In this document: positions 1 to 7,250 of the stretch, one piece after another
How the letters are laid out: every line of letters begins with the position of its first letter
How positions within the stretch are numbered: the stretch's first letter is position 1
Assembly: GCA_001179505.1 (NCBI GenBank)
Contig: CDMY01000985.1
Coordinates: forward strand, 1 to 7,250
From: Vitrella brassicaformis CCMP3155
Taxonomy: Eukaryota > Protista > Chromerida
Length of the DNA: 7,250 nt
Reading direction: 5' to 3'
Notes under the pieces: generated by a model
Told to the model about the DNA's origin: nothing
The model's database searches: none
The model's input: only the letters and a program-made list of their open reading frames with translations
Position numbers and translations under genes: made by a program

Positions 1-1006
1 TCTCTCCACCCGTTACACAGCAATATACCCTAGCTCACAAGCTCGCAGTGGTTCGTCTTGCCAAGCTGGCAATCCTGACAGACACGTCAAGACGTCATTT
101 GCCGTCACGCTGCGTATGCTCCAGCAGATCTCGAGGTGGCTCTTCCGATCTCAAGCACGCTCCCAACCAACCTCACTGACTCGCCTTGCTTCAGTGTGTC
201 AAGGTGAATAGCTTGGAAGCGAACAGGAAAACGTCAGGCCCGGTTGCATTGTGGCGACGAACAACGGCAAAGGAACAGGACTGATGAATGGGCATCGCTG
301 GCCGTCAGGAAGACACACATCGTTCGGTTGTAGTTCGTCAAGCAAAATGCACAGCCATTCTACATTACACGGGGTGGGCGAGTGCATGTCATGATATCAA
401 TGACGGATCAAGATCATGGATGATTCATGTAATCCATTCAGTGAATCACTGGATCAAGTGCAGGCACCAGTGGGTTGCTTTGCGTGAGAAGTGGCCGTGA
501 TCCTGGACTGGCTGGCCACGAAAAGACGGGCCTCATCGATGTCACATCACCCATACATGATTGACAGGAGACAATACATATGATATACCTGAATGTATAT
601 CCGTATACGTACGTGTCCATGCGTATCTACACTACTCATACTCGTAACACTGCGTAGCTACATTACTCAGCATGCAGCTTACGTATACATCGGCACGATC
701 ACAGCCCATTGCAAACGCAATATCATGACACTCTTGTGAGGGCTCAACGCACTATCAGCAACATTGTGTCACTGATCGCGCTATCTGCCAGCACCACCAA
801 CCTACACGCACGATGGCCGATGGACAGAAAAACGGACAAACGGAAAAAAAAGCGAAGTGATCAACATGGACGTCACTCGCTCTTTCAGAGACACACGTGT
901 ATTGTTCGCCATGGATGTGTGGTGTACGTGTGTTTCCAGACGCACTCGAGCTCGATGATTGTGAGGGATGTTTCTGTCGACGAATGGCGTGCGTGTGCAG
1001 GCGATA

Positions 1007-1032
1007 AGTCAGTTAGACAGTCAGTCAGTCAG
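1007..1032. repeat. Degenerate (AGTC)n tetranucleotide repeat
   Basis: agtc agtt agac agtc agtc agtc ag at 1007-1032. Confidence 0.75.
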
Positions 1033-1834
1033 GCGGCTGTGTGCGTGTGACGTGATGAGTCGGTGCTTCTATGTGCTGCCAAACAGAGCACTTGCATTTG
1101 CTGCAAGCCGACAGACGTCTCTCTCTCACGACGTGCATACACGGCACGGGGGGCCAATTCAATCAATCAGTGCCTGTGGATGGATGCCCATGCTGTTTTC
1201 TGGCGTATGCATGTGGGACGGAAAGATGGATGGATGGGAGCACATTGGGCGGGGAGCCGGGTGGGCTGAGACACAGAGACAATACATTTTGAGACACCAT
1301 GGGGATACACGGGACATGAGAGCACTGCACTCATACAATTAAGAACGCCGCATGATGTGACTGCACATGGCTACCGAAACTGTTCCCCTTCAAACTTTCA
1401 GCGGTCTCATACCAATTGTGGACGGGTGATGCCAGATCGATCGATCAAAGAGACATATCAAGAGATAGAGAAAAGTCACTCATCGTTCCGCCTGAGACCG
1501 TTGGCACATGGAACCAAGCCGTGTATGCATTGCTGCTGCTTTGTCTGGTGGTTTTTGGTGGTTCCTTTGTCGGCTTCCAGCCTTTGGTTCGGAGAAAAGA
1601 CAGACGTCATGGATTTCTTTGCCCGAGAACACGACAATTGATTGAGTGACTGCGCTGCGAGCTTCTTCCATGTTGAAGATAGATTCATTCTCGCAGTGGT
1701 TCACTCACAATGAATTCCCATTCACGTGCGCAATGAGCGTCCTCTACACGAATCGTGCGGAAAAACTCGCACGATACGAATGCAGCAGCTCGATGTATCA
1801 TTCAGCATCCCTATCGACAAGATGGCACCTTTCG

Positions 1835-1858
1835 ACATTGCACATTGCACATTGCACA
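1835..1858. repeat. 7-bp tandem repeat (ACATTGC)x3.4
   Basis: acattgc acattgc acattgc aca read directly at 1835-1858. Confidence 0.85.
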
Positions 1859-2385
1859 CACGACGCGACAATCAAACAGACAGCAAAACAGCACATGTCG
1901 ACACGAGAGAGAGACATGAAAGCAAAAACATGGATTCCCAAACCAGTCGCCCGATAGCTGAGCAGCCCACCATGAGAGCGCGTATGACACCACAGAGGAG
2001 AAGAGAAACTGATTCAAAAACACATGCCTGGGAGTAAAAAACACGTGTGTATGTCACGAGGTCGATGTGACAAAGAAGTGACTGGTCGACCGCCTGTCTG
2101 ACCAACCACATATGCACACTCGTATGTACACATGCACACTTCGCATGCTTTGCGATCAGTCACAAGGGCCAGCTGACACGAGGACACAAGCATCGCTCTA
2201 CGGATGGGGACGTCCACAAAGGCCATCACACATCCACGCACCGTTTGCCTCCGCCTATCTAGGCCACTGTAGGCAGTCAGACCGTGCCAATTACATCTGA
2301 TATGCATGAAAAGCACGCAGACAGAATGTATGAGTGTCAAAACATCACGAGAAAATGCAACATGAGACAAATGCTCGTATCGCTA

Positions 2386-3679
2386 CTAGACGTCGAATTT
2401 CTTATCGAAGTCTTCTGGGGGCTCCTTGTCGCCCCACCTTATGTCAGTCTTCACGTGCCATGTATAGATCTGAACGACACACAGGAACCATCTGCGCACA
2501 GCACAATTTGGCTTGCTCATCGCGCATATACCTTTGTGCAGTTGTCTGCGAGTGGTTCTATGTCCCACTTGCTGACATTCGTCTGCTCGAGGAAATCGCT
2601 TTCCAGACGGCCTTTCTTACTCCGGATTTTCCACAGCAGTGGGGGGTCCTGCAGAAAGTGCCTCACGTGCAGGCCAAAGCCTGCTGTGTCAATCGGATAC
2701 GCACGACCCGTCTATACAGATACATACAGATCCACACAGAAAGGCAACGACATGAGCATTGGTCGAATCCATCCGCCCTTCGTGTTGCAGATTGCTCGTT
2801 CGCTCACCCCCCATGCGTTGTACTTCTTGATTTTGCCGGTGGTCGAGTTGACGTCACAGTACTGAGCTACTCTGCGTGCCCCCGCCAGGCCCACGGGCCA
2901 GGTGCCGATGTTGCGGACCTTCCGCAGCTCATGGAGAATGCGAATATCATATGCATTGTCGTCATCAGCAAAATACACAACGGAATCCTGCAACAGAAAT
3001 GAGACAATCCCCCGATTGTCTGCTGTGTTCATTGGTGTTTGTGCACCTCATATGCTCTCTTCAGCTCCGCATCGGCCTCATTTAGCACAATGTCCCGTAT
3101 CAGCCGAATGGCCTCGTTCCTCTGCTCTGCCCCCCTGGTTCTCAATCCAGATGAGCTACTGACGTTCAAGTGAGACCAATGCAATAGGAGGCTGTCATTC
3201 AGCCACCTCTCGACTTTGGCCGTCCTGTTGACGCTGTCCTCGACAACAATCATGTGCACGTTACTGGCTGCGAGACCGAATGTGTTGAACAGCCGCGTCA
3301 GATCCAGCCGCTGCGTGATTCGCCTGTACGTGGGAGTGATGACAAATACCCACCGCAGGCCGGGCACCCAGTGATGGGAGGGGAAGAGGAAGGGCGAATC
3401 AGACTCACTGAGGACGTGACGGGCGGTGAGGTGAGGGGCACGCTCTTGCCTTCCTCTCATGGCAGCACGAGGCGTTGATGAGTCAACCGAGCTGCTGAAC
3501 ACCTCAAGATGCGCCGTTCTCGAGGCGGCGTGCTTGTCGCCATCCAGCATCACGCCCATAGTAGTCAGCATCAGGGGGAGCGGACCGCACTGTCGCTTGA
3601 TCAGGAAAAAACATAAGAAGTAGAGTGGGGCAACCACCAGCACAGCGAGCGCACACGGCGCAGAGAAGCGAAAGCGCAT
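2386..3679 (-). CDS. Glycosyltransferase family 43 protein (beta-1,3-glucuronosyltransferase, GlcAT-I/B3GAT-like), type II membrane protein, 4 exons, about 358 aa
   Basis: Exons in transcript order: 3679-3047, 2987-2808, 2711-2532, 2469-2386 (TAG at 2388-2386). Introns 2988-3046 (59 nt), 2712-2807 (96 nt) and 2470-2531 (62 nt) are all GT..AG and phase 0. The spliced protein has the GT43 motifs in order: VFVITPTY, IVVEDS, RGAEQRNEA, VVYFADDDNAY (DxD), WPVGLAG, AWGTGRAYPIDTAGF, GRLESDFL, IEPLADNCTK|IYTWHVKT. These match human B3GAT3 as recalled (YVVTPTY, LVED, RGVEQRN, VYFADDDNTY, WPVGLVG, AWEPSRPFPVDMAGF, GHLESS, LEPRAANCTRVLVWHTRT). The N-terminus MRFRFSAPCALAVLVVAPLYFLCFFLIKR is a signal anchor, and six N-x-S/T sequons follow. 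The ORF-track start at 3745 is a TTG; the first in-frame ATG is at 3679. Confidence 0.92.
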
Positions 3680-3878
3680 CGCTCGAAGGGCTGATTGCTT
3701 CACGACACCGTCGTCAAGGAAACGACCGGAAAAAATTCCGCGCAACGGTGCACGGAGTTTACAAAAACGGCGGATTTTCCCTATAAACCGTTCGTTCTGC
3801 CGCTCGACTCAGACTCTTTCTGAGCGACAGACCGAAGGCGTGCTTAGGCTGCCAGAACTTCGCCAGCTCATCAACGAA
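3680..3878. promoter_or_regulatory. Putative bidirectional promoter plus both 5' UTRs between the divergent GT43 and GT47 genes
   Basis: Only 199 nt separate the two divergent ATGs, so both transcripts most likely initiate in this interval. It contains TATAAA (3782-3787), the palindrome GTGCAC (3748-3753), and the inverted repeats CGGAA-N4-TTCCG (3727-3740) and CTCAGA-N5-TCTGAG (3808-3824). The function of these motifs is inferred. Confidence 0.55.
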
Positions 3879-6208
3879 ATGACTGTTCTGACGCGGCCAT
3901 TCATCCTCATTCCTCTCGCCGTTTTTGGCGTCGGCCTCTTCGCTCTGGACGCCCTTCACCTCTATCCAGCGTCCCTACACAAGACAGCGGTTTCAGCGTC
4001 CCTGCACAAACTCCTTCGGAGCGTAAGAAGCGGAGGCAAGACGAACAATACCCCAGCAGCAGGAGAGCGGGAGGAGAGAGAGGACTTCGCTGATCTTGAA
4101 GCGCTGGAGAGCAAGATGGATGTCCCGTTTTACGTAAGTAAGGGGGGGGATTGCATCGCTCCTCTCGTCGAAGCCTTTGTAATTGCAGGTCTACGAGACT
4201 CCCGCGCTGATGGAAATGTACAACCGTTGCCAGGAGCCAGCAAGGGCAATCCTCGAAGGGGCGTGGCCGGCCCATGTGCCGTCTGCAATCAAGAAGAAGA
4301 TAGGTAGGACTGATCGCCGGTGCGCTTCACATCAATCTGTCGTGTGTGTGTGATAACACAGGGGAGATCTTCTGGCTGGATCAGCTGTGGAACGACACGT
4401 GGCGCACATTCGATCCTGACCAGGCGCTCGTCTATGTCCTCCCCATCTATCCAGGTGCATGGGTGTTGGGCAGAGAAGCAATTGAGGGGCCTCTTCAATG
4501 CATCTGTGTGTTGCAGCGCTTCTGTTCGAGGGGGCATGCGAGGGTGTCAGTGGAAAGGAAACTCACGAACTGGCCACTCGCGCCGTTCATGAGGTAAGCA
4601 AATGGGCACACATTTCGCGAATAGTTTCCTCCTCGACTCTGTTGTCCCATGATTCATTCAGATCACGGCAATGCCCTACTTTCATCGGCATGGCGGGTTG
4701 GATCATGTCGTCATCGTAAGCAGGGAGGGGCATGGAGAAGCTCGCTCGCACAACTTCTGCCGCGCTCTGCAGGGGACGGACTGGCGCCTTCGTGGATCGC
4801 GCCATGGAACTGTGAAGACGGTTTTTGGATCGGCATTTCAGGACTTCGTGGGGAACATCACGTGGGGCCGATTCAAGGCATTTGAAGGTGAACGAGAATG
4901 AATCAATTCGGTGTGCGCCATAAACGGCCTAATATTTTTCAGGGAGGAAGCCGTGGCGATGCAGTGTCACAGTGCCGTTCACGTGAGTGAAGAGAGGGGC
5001 AACTAAGCACACACATGGCATGGGTGGCTGAATCGATGGGCCTTTGTGTCTGTATAGTTCTGCCATGACCCACGTGCAGAAGGCCTACGAGCCCTTTACC
5101 AAGGAGAGCCTGCTGAAGCGCGGCTTCATTGCCCCTGAAGACGTCTTCGAGGACGACCGTCTGGACACCGCATTCGACCCGCTCTCGCGACGCGACTGGT
5201 TCGCGAGACACTACAACCTTTTCTTTCAGGGTGAGCGAGCAGTGGGGGGTGGATTGACGCATACAGCTCGTCCCTTTTCTTGCATGTGGTCTCGTGTTGC
5301 GTGATCCATTGATGGGTGCAGGGCAAGTGGACGCTCGCAAGGGATATCGCTACCGCCGTCTGGGAATGCAGCACCTCGCTGGCTGGCGATTCAGGCCCAA
5401 CACAAGCTCCAACGTCCTGGTCTCCTCGTCCAAGCCCATGACCTATCAAGTGCTGGACGCAGACGGCAAGGAGCGAAGGGAGCCAATTCCTTCCTGCCCG
5501 CGCAAAGACGGCATCAATAAGGAGGTCTTCAGCGGAAAGATGGGCAAATTTGAGCGGTGCAATGGGCAGATGGCTCCGGAGAAAGAAAAAGGGGCTGGTC
5601 AGCAGAGTGACAAGCGAACAGATCGTGGCCGCTATGCGGCGGCCACATTTCTGCATCGGCTGAGCAACTCGAAGCTGAATCTCTGCTTTCGGGGCGATGA
5701 CCTTACAAGCAATCGGTACACCGATGGGCTGTGGGCGCGGACACTGAACGTGCTGGTCACCGAAATAAAGGAATTCTACAGGAGCGCGATGCCTTTCCAA
5801 TGCGAGATTCCGTGGAGGTGAGTGAGTGGGTAAGTGGGTGAGGAAGAAAGATAGGAGAAAGAAAGCAGCCTTCATGCACACTTATCGAGTGCCAATGCCT
5901 GTTGTGTATGAATGTATCCGAACAGGAACTTCACGTATGCAATTGACGGCCCTGAGTTCGTTCGGTCCCCTCGCGAATCCCTCACTCCCATACTGCAAGA
6001 GGTCTACGATGATCCTGCGGCGGTGAGGGAGAGGCTTCGGCTCCAAGACTACTACAGCCGCAAGGCTCTTTGGAATGCGCCTGGGAGCACCACGGCCAGA
6101 AGCACACTGCGCGCCATGACACGGCAGTGTCTCACTGACGAGATAAAGATCGATTTCATACAGAGGACAAGCGGGAGCGGTGAGACATACCAAATGACGG
6201 ACACGTGA
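3879..6208 (+). CDS. Glycosyltransferase family 47 (exostosin-family) protein, type II membrane protein, 10 exons, about 566 aa
   Basis: Exons: 3879-4133, 4189-4303, 4362-4454, 4517-4593, 4662-4715, 4773-4887, 4943-4982, 5058-5230, 5322-5817, 5926-6208. Total 1701 nt = 566 aa plus TGA. All nine introns are GT..AG, 55-108 nt, with compatible phases. Exostosin-like motifs appear only after splicing and in the right order: VPFY|VYETP, GEIFWLDQLWNDTWRTFDPDQALVYVLP, MPYFHRHGGLDHVVI|GTDW, VTVPF, YNLFFQG, SKLNLCFRGDDLTSNRYTDGL, MPFQCEIPWR|NF. N-terminal anchor is RPFILIPLAVFGVGLFAL. The intron at 4716-4772 is 3n and stop-free, so it is the least certain (585 aa if retained). Confidence 0.88.
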
Positions 6209-6800
6209 AATCAACAGATACGAGTAGAACCGCGTGTACCCATGTGTTCAGGCATGGTGGGTGACATTGGGGAGCATCCGCTGTTCGCGCCGTGTGCGTT
6301 TCCAGACACGTTGGCCCGGCTGGAGGAGCAGAGGGCCCACGATACATAGTATCAATCGTGTTGGTTGTGTGGCGCATGTGTTGAATTAGACAGCGCGCCG
6401 CCGCGCGTTCGTGTGGATGTATTCTTCCTGTCCGAGAGCTAACGTCGGCGTATGGATGGATGGACTAATCCAGAGTCTAAGCCAGCCAGTATGTGTAGCA
6501 TATGTGATGTGCAGTCGGTTTGTGTTTTGCTTTGTTTTTCATGGCTGGATTGCCATCTGACAGTAAAATGCAAGACAAATTCAGTCAAAAAGTCCGCGTC
6601 ATGTGTTTTTTCAGGCCTATATTGACAAGCCATCGTTGTCTCACCCCTTTGCCCGCGTGCGCCGTATCAGTATAGCACGCACATACGTATATATCCATAT
6701 CCCAGCTACGTAGCACAAAGTCGAGGCCATCCACACGTCACACGTCCATATTCATTCGAAAACAAAAATATCGTCTGATGTCCCTGATTCTGACACTCTG

Positions 6801-7049
6801 ATGCGAAGTGGACACCTCGCATCGTGTTTGTATATGTGGATCTGTGTCGCGAGTCCCGTCTATCCCTCCGACAAGGTGTGTACGGACCGGAAGGAAGAGC
6901 AGACAGACAGGAGGATGCATACATGGAATGAATGGAGGTGTACCGACCGTCAGCCGCACACACAACCGACCTGTATGCGGGTGTCCCCGCATCCCCGTGA
7001 CCACCGCCTCCGCGTATGTGTGCAGCCGACGGGCGTGTCCACCGTGTAT
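6801..7049 (+). CDS. Possible 5' part of a secreted protein gene (signal-peptide exon plus 24-nt microexon), continuing beyond the window; product unknown
   Basis: ATG at 6801 gives MRSGHLASCLYMWICVASPVYPSDK, which resembles a signal peptide, and ends at AAG|GTGTGT (donor 6876). An acceptor tatgtgtgcag| ends at 7025. It is followed by 7026-7049 (PTGVSTVY, phase 0) and the donor GTGAGC at 7050. The downstream sequence is repeat-rich and intron-like. No homology was recognised. Confidence 0.35.
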
Positions 7050-7134
7050 GTGAGCACAAAGCGTTTGTCCTGCTCGTGCCCATGTGTATCTCGATGGATG
7101 TGTTGCGTGTCTGTCGATGGGTGCGTGCGAGTGA

Positions 7135-7210
7135 CTGTCTGCCTGTCTGACTGCCTGACTGCCTGTCTGCCTGGATGGATGGATGTGTGTATGGATGGAT
7201 ACATGGATGG
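7135..7210. repeat. Compound tetranucleotide microsatellite: (CTGN)9 followed by degenerate (GGAT)n
   Basis: Read directly: ctgt ctgc ctgt ctga ctgc ctga ctgc ctgt ctgc (7135-7170), then ggat x3 (7173-7184) and further atggatgg units to about 7210. Confidence 0.85.
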
Positions 7211-7250
7211 GAATCGATGGGGGCGTATGGGAAGAAGAGCGTTGAGGAAG

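Noticed and set aside
1-620. Open frames and splice-like sites at the window start (frame 2-210, ORFs 199-387, 288-500, 438-620)
   Set aside because: No consistent exon chain or recognisable protein emerged. A partial gene cannot be excluded without upstream sequence.
709-1704. Possible small spliced gene (acceptor-like sites near 939, 1086 and 1580; hydrophobic ORF 1416-1649)
   Set aside because: The exon chains I tried hit stops or gave no meaningful protein. The hydrophobic run coincides with a GT/pyrimidine-rich intron-like tract.
2532-2987. Both internal GT43 exons are exactly 180 nt and all introns are phase 0
   Set aside because: The two exons share no sequence similarity and encode different parts of the fold, so this is not a duplication and is most likely coincidence.
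2284-3002. Plus-strand ORFs of 193 aa (2284-2865) and 222 aa (2334-3002)
   Set aside because: They are antisense to well-supported GT43 exons and introns and show no family motifs.
3680-3745. N-terminal extension of GT43 from the ORF-track start at 3745 (and of GT47 from 3840)
   Set aside because: Both are non-ATG starts. The ATGs at 3679 and 3879 place the signal anchors at the N-terminus, as expected for type II Golgi enzymes.
5126-5881. 251-aa minus-strand ORF
   Set aside because: It is an antisense shadow of GT47 exons 8-9, starts at a non-ATG codon in intron sequence, and has no recognisable motifs.
6706-7204. Minus-strand ORFs rich in His/Thr/Arg near the window end
   Set aside because: Their composition is explained by the reverse complement of GT- and GATG-rich repeats, and no coding signal supports them.
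1-7250. Prokaryotic systems (CRISPR arrays, IS elements, operons), rRNA and tRNA genes
   Set aside because: No repeat-spacer periodicity, transposase, terminal inverted repeats or structured RNA signatures were seen, and the window is intron-rich eukaryotic DNA.

Overview
This is eukaryotic nuclear DNA with many short (55-108 nt) GT-AG introns and tetranucleotide repeats (GATG, CTGN, AGTC). That style resembles chromerid alveolates such as Vitrella, but the host assignment is inference only. The core is a head-to-head pair of spliced type II membrane glycosyltransferase genes whose start codons are 199 nt apart. On the minus strand is a 4-exon GT43 (beta-1,3-glucuronosyltransferase / B3GAT-like, about 358 aa, 2386-3679). 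On the plus strand is a 10-exon GT47 (exostosin family, about 566 aa, 3879-6208). GT43 and GT47 act together in plant xylan synthesis and in animal glycosaminoglycan synthesis, so the pair may be a co-regulated glycan-building module. A possible third gene with a signal peptide and a 24-nt microexon starts at 6801 and runs off the window. No gene could be supported in 1-2380.
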